A stretch of DNA of 64,000 nucleotides from Camelus ferus. Its lineage: Eukaryota. Positions 12,425 to 24,529 of this stretch are shown one piece after another; the stretch's first letter is position 1, and the number at the start of each line of letters is the position of its first letter. Made by a program: the position numbers and the translations under genes. The stretch lies in assembly GCF_009834535.1 (NCBI RefSeq), contig NC_045696.1, forward strand, positions 63,118,001 to 63,182,000. Reading direction: 5' to 3'. The notes below the pieces were generated by a model. The model was given only the letters and a program-made list of their open reading frames with translations, was not told the DNA's origin and searched no databases.

Positions 12425-14225
12425 GTGAGGCTGGGGTTGGGACTGTGGGTCACCCTGGCAGGTCTTAGGGCATCTGGGAGCATCCTCCCAGCTTGAGGCC
12501 ACCGGGGTGGAGAGGTGGCATGTGTGTACGCGTGTTTGTGGGCATGTGTGCATTTGTCTATGTGCGCAGGCAGTGGGCAGCCGGCCCCAGGCCTCAGGGA
12601 AGCCCCGAGGCTCACAGGGAGAGCGCACCTGTGTTCTCTCCATTTCTCTAGCAAATGAAAAGCATACGCCATAGGCACAATACTATGAATTTCTGAGGCA
12701 CCACCCAGCAAGGATTTGCCAGGCGGCCACCAGGCAGTCGTCTTCCCAGCCTCTGTACTGACCTGCTAGACTCACGAGTGCTGGAGAAATTCCTGCCACG
12801 CCTCGGATCACCAAGCCAATTCTAATCTTCAAGCAATTATAGAGCACCTACTGTGTGCCCAGCATCTCAGGCAAACAGAACCCTCTAGGTCCTAGTACCA
12901 ACCCTGAAAAAAGCTTCAGTTTTGAGTCAGTGGGTGCAGGGAAAGTGTGGCAGGGGAGCGAGTGCAGGGGGTTCCCCTAGCTCTGGCTCATCCAGAGCGG
13001 CAGCAAGAGCAAGGCCCAGGGCCAGTGGCCCAGGTCCCAGCCGGGCTCTGCAAGTCACCACCCTTCTCTGGCCATCAGTGTCCTCTGTAAAATGGGGGTG
13101 GGTGGGCTAGAGGACCCTCCCAAAGGCTTCTCACCATAGTGGTGTTGCCTGGGCTGTGTGAGGTGGGAAGCAGTGTCTCCACCTGCAGCCTTTGGGGCCA
13201 GCAGGCCAGGGGCCACCCTCCTTGGTGGGGTGCTGCCTATTCTGGGGGTAGCGGGCCAGAAACAGGGCAGCCTGGGAACAAAACTAGAAAAAATGCTGAG
13301 GGAGATGGAAAAGTCTTTTTGAGAGTTAAAATTAAAATGGAGAAAATCAGACAACACATGCTTTTTCTCTTGAATATTTTCCATTCCTTAGCCAAGGCTT
13401 GTATTCTTTAAATATAGTCATCTAATGAGCAAACTAAGTTATGTATGATATAATTTATATTTATGTATTTAAATATCCATGCAATTGCATATAATTGGAA
13501 ATACATAGTATTTGTGTATTTAGCGTGAGTTTCTACCTGTAAAGGCTACATATATATATATATAAATAGTACATGTTTCCTTTTTAAAAAACCAATACTT
13601 CCATTACTCATTCTCCAAAAATATCTTCTTGGCTTCAAAATTTCCAGAATGTTATGTGTAATTTTCCTGACTTTCCCATCTGTCCTGGTTTACCATTGGT
13701 GGTCGCAGGAAGAGAAGGGTCAGACCTTGGCTCTCCATAATTCAGTCTTCCCCATGCTCTCCCTGCTGACATTCACAAGCCCCTGTCCAGTGCTGGGGAC
13801 CAGGGCACTGAGAGGGTGAGGATCTCAGCCCTGCCCTCAGGAGCCCTCTGTCTGTTGAGCAGACAGATGTGTGAGGAGCTAAGTCATGATCAGGGATAAA
13901 GGCACTCCAATAGAGGGGTATGTCAGGTGTGAGGGACCCAGAAGAGGGAGTTACTTGTTCCCTTTAGGGTAGAGGTAGTAAGGGATGGTTTCCCAGAGCT
14001 GAGTTCAAGCCAGGTTCTGAGGGATGACCAGGCATTCATTGGGCAAAAGAAGCAGCTTGAACAAAAGCTGGAAGCCCAACAGAAGTAGCACCCTTGGGGA
14101 ATAGCCATGGGCAGAGGGCTTGCCCTCCAACCCCCAGGTGCCTGGGTATTAGAATCGGCTCTAAGGGAGCTGGGGTGGGGGGTGACAGTGTCCCTCCCAG
14201 CCCACCCTTTGCTCTCTTTGCCCAG

Positions 14226-14396
14226 TGCCGGGGTAAGACATTTCCCTCCATCCACCTGTGGACCCGGCTCCTGTCAGCACTGGCTGGCCTCCTCTATGCC
14301 TCGGCCATCGTGGCCCATGACCGGCGGCCTGAGTACCTGCTGCGGGCCACGCCCTGGTTCCTGACCTCCCTTGGCCGTGCGGCGCTGGACCTTGCT
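14226..14396 (+). CDS. TMEM44: TMEM44 exon 6 (CRGKTFPSIHLWTRLLSALAGLLYASAIVAHDRRPEYLLRATPWFLTSLGRAALDLA)
   Basis: gcccag| acceptor; U12-like donor |gtatcc; 171 nt; homology. Confidence 0.95.
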
Positions 14397-15837
14397 GTAT
14401 CCACCCCAGACCCGGGGGGCTTGACTGCCTGTGTCTCATCTCCTCCTACCCTGTTGCTAGAAGGAATTCTTCCCCAGTGGCCAGGGTGGTGGTTTAAAGC
14501 CCGGGGCAGGCAGACACAATTGCAATGTGCAATTTTGTGTTTTGTTTCTTTCTTTCTTTTCTTTCTTTTTTTTTTTTTAGTAAGAACTCTCTGTGAAACA
14601 GCAGAGGAGGGTGAGAAGCTTCCTGGCCCCGGGATCAGAAGAGCCACACTCTACTGCTGCTCCCTACCTGGGCTGGTCCCCGCCCTCTGTGAACCTGTTT
14701 TCCTCATCTTTGCCTTGTCTTTCTCACGGGCTGGGAAGGGCTGTGATCATCCACTCTCTGTCCACTTTGGTACTCGAGCCCCCAGTGAGGAAGCAGGGAG
14801 AGGAGCTGACAGTGGCTGCCCTGCGTCAGTGTTTGCTGTTGCCTGATGTGCTGACGCCCCAGTGACCTTGGTGTGAGGACCTCAAGGGCAAGCTAAGCTC
14901 AGACAGGGGCAAGTGGAGATGCCGGCAGTGGGTAATGGGTCTGCTATTAGTGGGAGGGCTGAAAAACCTGTGGATTTAGCATAAATAGTTCAGAAACATT
15001 TTCTCATTTCCTGGTTTTTGTTTATTTTTAGTTTTTTGTTGTTTTTTTCTTTTTTTTTCTTATTTCTTTTCTGTTTGTTTTCTTTGCATGCGTGTGTGTG
15101 TTTTCTCATGTACTATTTGAGTTTTCAAGGGCTGCCGATTCACTGCCACAAGCTTAATGGTTTAAACAACAGGAATTTATTCTCTCAGCTGTGGGGGCCA
15201 GAAGCCCGCAATCCAGGCGGGGCCGTTCTCTCCCCAGGGGTTCTAGGGAGAATCTTTCCTTTCCTCTTCCAGCTTCTGCTGGCTCCCGGTGTCCCTTGGC
15301 TCCTGGCAGCATCATTTTAATTTCTGCCTCCATCTTCACGTGGCCTTCTTCCCTTTGTGTATCTCTGCATGTCTTCTCTTATGAGGTTCCTGTCGTGGGA
15401 CTTACCTTATCCACCCTAATCCTGGAACCTCATTTGAACTAATTATATCAGTAAAGACTTTGTTTCCAAAGGAGGTCCCATTCTGAGGTTCCAGGTGGGC
15501 ATGAATTTTGGGAGGACCCTGGTCAGCCCTCTACATGTCCTGTCCCTGCAAGCCAAGGAAGATGCTTTTCACAGTCCTTTTGTTTAACAGGTATTTACTA
15601 CGTGCTTGTGACAGGCTGCGTCTGGCTGGGTGCTGGGCCCTCAGGGGACAGGAACTAGAGAGAGTCAGATCTGGCTGTGTCCTCAGATGAGCTTGTGTCT
15701 GTTCTGGGACCGACCTTGGCAGGGTGATCCGGGATGGAGGGAGCCAGCCCAGGGTGGAGCCCGTGGGGTGCAGGGGTGAAGGCACCACCCTGTGGCTGAA
15801 GTTCTCTGTTTCCACGGACCTTAACTCCGCTTCTCAG
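14397..15837 (+). other. TMEM44: U12-type (minor spliceosome) GT-AG intron 6
   Basis: 5' splice site GTATCCAC; branch site CCTTAAC at 15819-15825, 10 nt before the terminal AG; only a short pyrimidine run between branch site and AG. Confidence 0.8.
15109..15535 (-). mobile_element. MaLR solo LTR (MLT1-like) inside intron 6
   Basis: 'tttaaacaacaggaatttattctctcag...ttccagcttctg...cttcacgtggccttct...tttccaaaggaggtcccattctgaggt'. Confidence 0.75.
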
Positions 15838-15966
15838 ATCATTTTTCTTTCCTGGGTGATGAAAAGCAAGATGAGGCAGGCCTTGGGATTTGCCTCTGAA
15901 GCCAGAGGGAACCCCGACAGGCAAGCCCTTCTGACCTGTGTGGAGAAGGAGGAAGAAAGCCAGGAG
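15838..15966 (+). CDS. TMEM44: TMEM44 exon 7 (IIFLSWVMKSKMRQALGFASEARGNPDRQALLTCVEKEEESQE); 3' end may instead be 15978
   Basis: tctcag| acceptor; homology ends at ...SQE, followed by GAG|gcaagg (GC donor); a second identical donor lies 12 nt downstream. Confidence 0.85.
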
Positions 15967-16349
15967 GCAAGGACTGAGGCAAGGTCTCAGCTGGACGAGG
16001 GCGGGGCCCACCAGAGCTTGTGTGCGGCGGGGGCGGGGGCAGTGAGCCCTGCCAGAGCCCGGCCCAGGGTCCACTTCTTCAGATGTTCTGGGTTTAACAG
16101 TGTAATCTGACTGAGTTAATGAAACAGATGATCGTGTGAGTGTGACCAAGGTAAAGGGGGTATATATAGCTCCTTGGACCGAAGATCCGAGTTCCTAGGA
16201 AGGGTCTAATAGGAAGTTATTTTCATTTCATTCTAGAAACTGATGAGATTATATTCCAGAAGGAAGCTAAAATATTAAGAGATCCCTGAGTGTTTAGTAC
16301 TCAGAAGGGAGGAAGCAAGCCTTTACCATCTCTTCAGCAGTCTTTACAG

Positions 16350-16735
16350 CAATGGTTCTCTAAGTGTGGTCCCTGGACCAGCATCTCCTGGGAACTTGTT
16401 AGAAATGCAAATACTAGGGCTCTACCCAACTCTACCAAATCTTAAGCTCTGTGTATTTTAATAAGCTTAATAAGTTTTAATTCTGATGCACGATAATGTT
16501 TGAGAGCCGCTGCTTTACACAAGCATTTAGTTAGCACACACAGCAGTGGTTCCGAAACTTTGCCATATTTTAGAATCATCTGGGGTGGCGCTTTTAAACT
16601 CTGTATATCACATCCGTACCAATGAAATCATATTATCTGTGTGGGTAGGGGACAGGGAGTGAGAGCGAAACTTCAAATGTTTTGTTTAAGAAGCCAAGGT
16701 GATTCCACTGTTCAGCAAAGTTTGGGAACCACTCA
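16350..16735. mobile_element. Two adjacent hAT-Charlie MITEs (MER5-like)
   Basis: 'caatggttctctaagtgtggtccctggaccagcatc...tttgagagccgctg' and 'cagtggttccgaaactt...aagtttgggaaccact' with terminal inverted repeats. Confidence 0.7.
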
Positions 16736-16919
16736 CCTATAGTGACCTCAAAGAGACAAATAAAGATACATCTTACAGAAAGCAGAAAGTGAAATGTGCT
16801 ATAAAAGAACAGAAAAAATACTCTAGGGGTTCTTTTGAAGAAAATGAGATCTTGTTTTTAGAAAAACATCTCTTGATTTTAAGAACTCCTCTTTTTGTCT
16901 CCCTGTCTCTGCTTGAAAG

Positions 16920-17024
16920 AATTCGGACTGGATGCCTCTCATTGCACTGCCGCACTGCAAGCCACTCAAGAGGATGGCAGCCATTAGTCGTTACATGGAG
17001 CTGACCATAGAGCCAGTGCAACAG
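16920..17024 (+). CDS. TMEM44: TMEM44 exon 8 (NSDWMPLIALPHCKPLKRMAAISRYMELTIEPVQQ)
   Basis: Pyrimidine tract then gaaag| acceptor; |gtaagt donor; 105 nt; homology. Confidence 0.93.
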
Positions 17025-17689
17025 GTAAGTGGCTGTGGGCCACAGCCAGGTGTCCAGAAGGGTGGAGGTAGTCATGGAAGGCTTTCTGGAGGAGGTGACA
17101 CTTTAGATGCAGTGGGGGCAGAATGAGTCAGGGAAGCATGTAAAAAGAGAAAAGAGCTCTTGAAGGACTTGGGTGGATGGGGGGAGCAGAGGGAAAGGAG
17201 TTCGGGAGATGAAAGGGTGGACACAATGCTGAAGCTGACCATCATCCTGAGGATGATGGGAGTCCAGAGGACATCAGGACTAGAGACTCAGGGGCAGATG
17301 TGTATCTTAGAGACGTCACTCAAGCAGTGTCGGGGGCAGACTAGGGAGAGGAGACTGGAAGTGAGGGGGTCAGTAAGGCGCAGACGTTAAGTCCAGGAAA
17401 GAGGTGATGTGGCCTGAACCAAAGCTGGAGCAATGGGGACAGTGAGGATGTAGGAGTAAGGGAGACCTCAGGCTCCAGAAGACCCCCAGGGTCCAGGCCT
17501 GCACGTGAGGTCCTCAGGAGGAAGAGGTTGGAGAGAAGAGGGAAAGAGGTGACCAGAAGTCCACTCCATGTCCCACACCCCACTAAGGCTGCTCCTGTCA
17601 AGGCTACAGTGATCCCCAGGAGCTAAATCCCATTTCTGTTCTGGTTGAGTTTCAGCTCGTTTGGCCACTAGCTTCTTCTGATTTCTGGG

Positions 17690-18680
17690 GCCCTTCCTGT
17701 TCTGGTTTCTCTGCCACCCTCATAGGTCTTTCTTCCCCATCACTTCTTCTGGCTCCTCCTGCTGAACTCGACTTCCAGGTTGCAGTCCCCCAAGCTCCAC
17801 CCCAGGAGGGCTCCCTCTCTGGTCCCATAGCCCAGTGTGCCAGGTCGTGCTGATTTCCTCAGCCAGCCTGTGTCTCCATCCTTTTCCTCTCCCTCAGTTC
17901 CAGTCTTGGCTGCCCGGCTACCTCTTCATTGTCACCACGTGGCATCACACACATGCTGTGTCCAAAACGGAATCCTGGGTTTCCATGCCCGGACGGGCCC
18001 CTCTGCCCATCTTCCTCTTTTCAGTAAGCAACACAACTGCCCTCAGAGCGGGTCAAATCCAGAATTCTAGTCTTCCCCTCACTATGCGCCACTGTCCATC
18101 CAGTCCATGTGTGAGTCTTGTAGATACTCCTTTGAAAGTATATGCAGCAGCTTCCCAACTGGTTTTCCTCCCACTGCTGTTTTTGTCCCACCCCTCCATC
18201 TGCAGCTAGCAACTGGAGGGTCTCTTACAAATGTAAATGACATCTCGTCCCTCCTCGGTTTAAAACCCTCCTCTGGCCTGCCATTTCATGCAGAATAAAA
18301 TCTAATCTCCTAACACAGACTTGTAAGACCCTCCCAGCCCCGTGCTCGCCCCTCCCTGACTGCCTCCTACTCTCCCCTTCTTCAGTCCTCTGGCTGCACA
18401 GAATTTCTCTCCATTCCTCTGCCTACATGCTCTTCCTCCTGACTTTTTTACGTGGCTGCCTCTTTCTTGTCTTTCAAAATTCAGTTAAAATGTCACCTTC
18501 CCCCACCAGCCATTCAAAAGTAGCCTCCACCCCTCTGCTGTACCGTTTTATTTTATTACCTTTTTAAATGCTCTGCATAGCACTTATCACAGTCGTTTTC
18601 TTTCATTTGTTTTCTGTTTCCTGCTGGGATATAAACTTTGTCTCCTGTTTTGTTTGCCTACATCCTGGTACATCAGGTAG
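17690..18680 (+). mobile_element. L2 LINE fragment
   Basis: Pyrimidine-rich L2-like blocks ('tttaaaaccctcctctggcctgccatttcatgcagaataaaatc', 'aaaatgtcaccttc', 'catagcacttatcac'); boundaries approximate. Confidence 0.6.
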
Positions 18681-21296
18681 GGAGCTTTTGGTACAGGTGT
18701 GTTTGGAACCTGGAGTTCAGTGGTAGCAGCCCCCACTGAACTGTCTGCGGGACATGCCGGTGCTCAGAGAGAGCTGGGCCTGAGAGATAGGTTTTACTCT
18801 TTGTTGTTCCTTGGAAAATAGGCGCAAATACCCTGTAGGTGATGTAAGTGAAGTTCAGAGAGATTCAGAGCATGCTTTCATAACTGAGAGCCCACTTCAG
18901 CCATTAAGCTCCTCTTCCCATGGGAAGGTGGGTTGGTGAGTGGGTGGGTGATGAGAAGCCCTGGGTAAAGCACAGGCGCTGGGCCAGAGCTTTGCACTAG
19001 AAATTTAAAAATCACGGAACTTCTGAAAAATAATAGTTCAAAAGTTGCGTTCACTTGAACCCTTCCAGTACCTGAATCTTGAGTGGCTGCCCACTGGGGA
19101 ACACACTGCTTAAAAGAAAACTGTGCTCCTCCTTCGCTGTCTTCCGCGGAGGCCTGGCAGTACATTTTTGAGCAAGTACTTCCACTTGGCCTCTTCCTTC
19201 TGTGACCACCAGAGGGCGAGAGGTGTCTCCAAGACAGCTTCCCACAGGGAGCTTGGAGCCCCAACGTCCAGCCAGGGACTGAGGCTGGCTCTGGGCTCTA
19301 GGACCACCATTCCCATGGTAGTCTGTTTATTGAGGGCTGACTACTTGCCAGGCTCTGGGTAAATAACAACAGCCAACATTTCCATGATGTTTATTGTACT
19401 GGTCATAGTGCTTAGACTACTAATCTAAGTGCTTTACATACTACTAATCTAAGTGCTTTTCATTTAATCTGAACAGCCAAGTCTCGAGGTATTATTCTCA
19501 TTTTACAGATATGGAAAATGGGGGCACAGAGAGGCTTAAGCAACTTGGTTAAGGGCACACAGTTTGCCGATGGTAGAAGCGGGCAGGATTCAGAGCTTTC
19601 TCCACCTGATTCTGTGCCCTTGACCACAATACTACACAGCTTCTTACCTGGTAAAATGGCTGAGTAAGCATCAAGGAAGCGCTTGACAAATGGTTGTTTT
19701 TTAAATTATTATTAACACAGATCCTTATAACAATCTGAAGTAGATACTATTATTATTTCTATCCTTGTTATTTACTAATCACTAATAATTTTATTATTTT
19801 AAAATGAGGCACACAGAGACAGGGTTAACTCACTTGCCCAAGATCCTATAGTTAGAAAATCACAGAAATAGGTTTCAGACTGAGCCTGTCTGGTTCTGGG
19901 ACCTGAGCTTTCACAGAGAGGACATGCTCTCTATGCTGCCATCTCATGCCTGCTATGTGAGCAAGTTTTCTCTTTTTTTTTCCCCCATGAGGATGTCCCG
20001 ATGGTCATGTGATGCCATGTGCCTTGACACATCCTGTTTGGCCTGCCATCTGGAAGCGGGTGAAAGAGCCAGGGCAGTGCTCACCCGTCCCAGCATCCCC
20101 TCCTGAGCACTGGTCCTAGGAGAGCTTTTCCAGGAGATGCAGATCCAAGCTGAGCCTGAGGGCCCGGGGTGTGCGGTCCCAGGAATCAACAGCTTGGAGC
20201 ACTGGAAAATGCCATTTTATTTGTTGACTCAGGTGTGGTCAGGCCTGGGGAATTTATAGACTTTTTCAGTGTTGCCTGGGAGGCCTCTGCTGCTCCACCT
20301 CTGCCACCTGCCTGCGCTGCCCAGAAAGCTGCCTTCGTCTCCTTGGTGGACTTTCATCCCTTCCAGCCCACTCTCACAGGGAGCTATGCACTTGACGCAT
20401 GCAGGGCTTCAGAGGAAGCAAGACAGGAATTACCACTCCTTCTGTGGGTTAGGAAACTGAGACTCAGGGGGATAAATATTTGACCCAGATCACACGGTTA
20501 GTTGGTGGAAGACATGGGTCCAGAAGGCAGGTTGTCCCCACCATGGTGTGTCTGTGGGATTGACTGCCTGGCTCTGAAACCCCAGCCCAAGGGCTTTGAC
20601 GATCTCCGAGAAAGCCCCTGTGGGAGGAGGCTCTCTTCTGAGATAGATAGGTAGGCAGGTAAACAGATACAGAATCTCACAAGTTGCTTTCTCCCTTAAA
20701 CTTTCCCAACTCACTTCCATATGCTGCTGGTGGATGCGCTGGTTAAGCCTCTGTGGAGTGCACTTTTGGCAACAGCTATCCAAATTACAAGTGCACATAC
20801 CCTCTGATGCAGCAATTCCGCTCCTAGGAATTTATCCTTTAAATACCCTGAAGTTTTGAATGTACAATATAATTTACCGCAGTCAGTATTGATTGTAAAA
20901 GCAAACAGAAGTGCCCTAGACATCCATCAGCAGGGAGATGATTAAATAGATCGTGAACACCTACAGCTACGGGGGGGAAAATATGCTATAGAACTATTTC
21001 TAAGGCATGTTGTTAAGTGAAAAAAAAGCAAGGTACCTAAGCGAGTGTAGAGTGTGCTACCATTTGCGGAAATGGGGGAAATATGCATGCACTTGCTCAT
21101 GAGTTCACAGAACATTAAACTGAGCGCCAGTTGCCTCTGGGGAGAGCTGGGTAGCTGCAGCAGGAGGTGGAGGCGGTGCTACGTGCTACATACACCCCTT
21201 GGTACCTTTTGAATCCTGGAGGATGTGAATGCTCTGACAGTGCAAAAATTAAGCAGCAAACAAGCCCCCGCCTGCCCTTTTCCACACACCTTGCAG

Positions 21297-21455
21297 GCAG
21301 GCTGCAGTGCCACCAGGCTGCCGGGCGACGGACAGACGAGCGCAGGAGTCGCGTCCCTGCAGGAGCCCCCGTCGTACCCTCCGGTTCAGGTCATCCGGGC
21401 CCGCGTCTCCTCCAGCAGCTCCTCCCAGGCCTCCTCCATCAACTCCGACCTCGAG
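21297..21455 (+). CDS. TMEM44: TMEM44 exon 9 (AGCSATRLPGDGQTSAGVASLQEPPSYPPVQVIRARVSSSSSSQASSINSDLE)
   Basis: ttgcag| acceptor, |gtacgg donor; 159 nt; homology. Confidence 0.95.
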
Positions 21456-21744
21456 GTACGGCTGTGTCCGCCGGCGGGTGCTCGGCGTCCGCCTTCACCC
21501 GCACTAGCCGGCGTCCCCGCGGTGGCGGCACCGCTCTCCTCTCACCCGCCCGCGCCGACCTCGCCAACCTCGCCAACCTCGCCACCTCGCGGCCGCTAAG
21601 TAGTAAATAAGCTTCTGCCTGAGGACTTCCCCACGCCGTCCGCCCTAAGAAGAGCTTCCCGCGGTCAAATGAGTCAGGGAAACACTGCGCACTGAATCAC
21701 TTGGCCCAGTCAAGTCTTACAGAAATAAATGCTGAATAACGAAC

Positions 21745-21904
21745 TTTTTAAAAAATTGAAGTGTAGTTGATTTACAATGTGTTAGTTTCAGGTGCACAGC
21801 AAAGTGATTCGGTTATACTTATGTATATCATTTTCAGATTCTTTTCCATTATAGCTCATCATAAGATATTGAATATAGTTCCCTACACTCTACAGTAGGA
21901 CCTT
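21745..21904 (-). mobile_element. 5'-truncated L1 3' end
   Basis: 'aattgaagtgtagttgatttacaatgt...gatattgaatatagttccct'; flanking near-repeat aataacgaactttt / aataacaagctttt. Confidence 0.8.
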
Positions 21905-24529
21905 TAATAACAAGCTTTTTAAGAGTCTCCGAGTTTCCCAAACCCATTTGACCATGGAAGCCTTTCTTTCCCCACGAGGAGCACCAGAATTTTTGGATTT
22001 GTGAACAAAACACCGCCAATGGGTGTAACTCTCTTCCCCACAGCTGTGGCTCTCAACCCTGTTCAGAAGGAAGCTTCCCTTTGTCTATGACGAGTGAGAA
22101 CAAAGTGGTGGACGTGGGGTGTCAGCAAGGGGAGGGTCCTTCTTTCGGGTTCTGTGTTCTCCCACTGTTTTTGGTGTTTAAATGCCCTTTTATGAAGTGA
22201 TTTTAATAGGAGGTAGTATTTGGTGTTGAGGTTTTGGTTTTGGTCTTAATGACTTTTTTTGGCAGTCATCAATCAGCTGTCCTGAGTCTGTCCCGCAAAT
22301 TTGTTCAACTCATAGTGAACCCTGAAATCCAAAGACTCAGAGCTACACGTCTGTGGGGTGGAGTCAGATCCCTCAGTGTCGGGTCCAGGCCGTGCCCACC
22401 TGCCCTAGCCTCGTGCCCCTCCGCTGCTCTCACCCGCAGGCCCACCTCAGCTGTGGACTGTCCCCTCGTCCCCAGGACTCTGGGCCTTTCCCCCTGGGAT
22501 TTTCTCTGGCCCAGTTTCCATGTGTCAGAATCCAACCCAGATGCCTCCTGCCGTGTGAACTTACCCCCCCCCCCCCCGCCAACACACACACAACAGAGGT
22601 TAAAGGCTCCTTCCCTTGGTGCCAGGGTATATGCCTCTCTCACATCCCTTCCGTTGTTTGTCAGGTAGCCTGGTGAACGGTAGGGGCCTGTGTCCCCCAC
22701 CAGACTGTGCACTGGGGCCTGGGCAGCCCTCATCTCGATCTCTCGATCCTGGAGAAAACACAGCTGGTCATTGAGGACTGGGTTTTGAGTGAGGAATTTT
22801 GTACCAGACCAAGGACAATTTAGGGTCCGTGTATCCCTGTGTCATTCATTCGCTGTTGTTTATTTCTTGGATCCGGTCTCAGAATGTGTAGGACACTCAA
22901 GGCCTGTGGCTTGGCTGCCCGGAGTCAGCAGGCTGGGCAGAGTCTAAGGCTAAAGGGAGTGAGGGAGCCTGACGGCAAAGTGTCTTCATGAGGAGAAGGG
23001 ACATTTGAGTTGGTGAGATTGGGGTGGGTTGGGGGGCACATTGGAAGCAACACTCACTCTGTGGAAGCCCTCAACTGGGGGAAGGATTGAACAGTGACCT
23101 TGAAAAATGTAGCAATTTGTCTTCGTGGCTGGTTTGGGCCATTTCTGTGTTTCACAGCCCTTTTTCCTCCTCTGCTCTATTTTCCTTCTTTTTAGACGTT
23201 TATTTTCTTAACTCTATGAATCCAAGGGGACAGGGCCACACTCTCAAATAAGGCAAATGGAAATGAATGCTTTGTACTTGTTAAACAAAGAATGTATTTT
23301 TAGAAGCTCAGCTCCCCGACCCAGCCCCGTAACCATACCCCCCCACCCCAGCACAGTCCTCCTGCTTTGTTCCCTAAAACATCCGTACACTATACAGGAC
23401 AGAGCTACCGAGCCCTGAACAGAAATAACTTAGAATCTCACTAAACATAGACACTGACAGGTCAACGGGCCTGCAAAACTCCCAGTAGAGATTGTTTAAT
23501 GTATGACCAGGCGTCAGTGCTGCTTGTCAGGGATGTGATCCACCAGGCCTTTTGGTAGTCTGTTTTCTTAAAAGTAGTGCATGTTTATTGTAGAAAACTT
23601 GAAAAATGTAAAGAAGAAAATTAAAATTAACCCACAAACCTATCAACCAGCGTCTGCCTCAGGGTGGTGGGATTGCACGGGCTTGACAGCCTCCCCAGGT
23701 TTTCGGAGCAGGATTCCCCAGAGGTCCAGTTCCCGATGGCTGAAGGGAGCAGGAGGGGGTCTTTTATCTGACATGTGTGACATCACACTTCACCTACCTG
23801 TTTGGTCACTCATGCAGCAAACATGTTCTGAGGCAGGGGGATTTGAAAGAAGAAAACATAGGGACATGTGGGCTGGCCCAGGGTGGGAGGTACTTGGTAG
23901 ACAGGTCACAGTCTGACCGTCGCCTGGCTCCTCCAGACCACAGCTCCCAGGGACTGAAGCCTGCAGTTGGAGGCCAGGCCCCCGGCCATCACCTCCTCTG
24001 GTTTGTGATTTCTTTTGCTCCCAGAATTGCACAGTTCAAATGCATCATAACACTGGACTGAAACACCTGGGGCGTCTGTCCCCACTTTCTGGCTACGATG
24101 GGCATCTGTGCTCTCGAGTTGTCTGCGTCTGTTGCCAACCAGCTGGGCTCTGCTTGGCCCATAAGGGAACACCTGCATCCTCCCACTGTGGCGGCCTGGG
24201 AGCCACTGTGTGTCTGGAGTGGGGAGGGGGAGGCAGGAGCCAGGGGCGTGAGAATGGAGCCAAACACCAGATTGCTGTCTGAAGAGGCTCAGGTCCTTGG
24301 CCACTGTGTCCTGCTAATTCTGTGCCTAAGGCTCTTGACAACCAGGACTGCTTGTTCTCTCTCCAAAGCCTGCTTCCAGCACCAGCAGACCAGGACAGAT
24401 TCCCTTGGTTGTTTGTCCTTCTTAAAGCCAAATTATTCTTTTAAGGTTAAAATTAGTTAATAAAAAGAATATATATATGTATATATACACACACACATCT
24501 ACACACTGACTCTAAAAGTACTAATTTTA

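Noticed and set aside
14094..14846. 250-aa single-exon ORF
   Set aside because: TMEM44 exon 6 plus open intronic flanks, including a T-run read as poly-Phe
19416..19459. 20-bp direct repeat ACTACTAATCTAAGTGCTTT
   Set aside because: Small slippage duplication inside a MIR; only two copies, not an array
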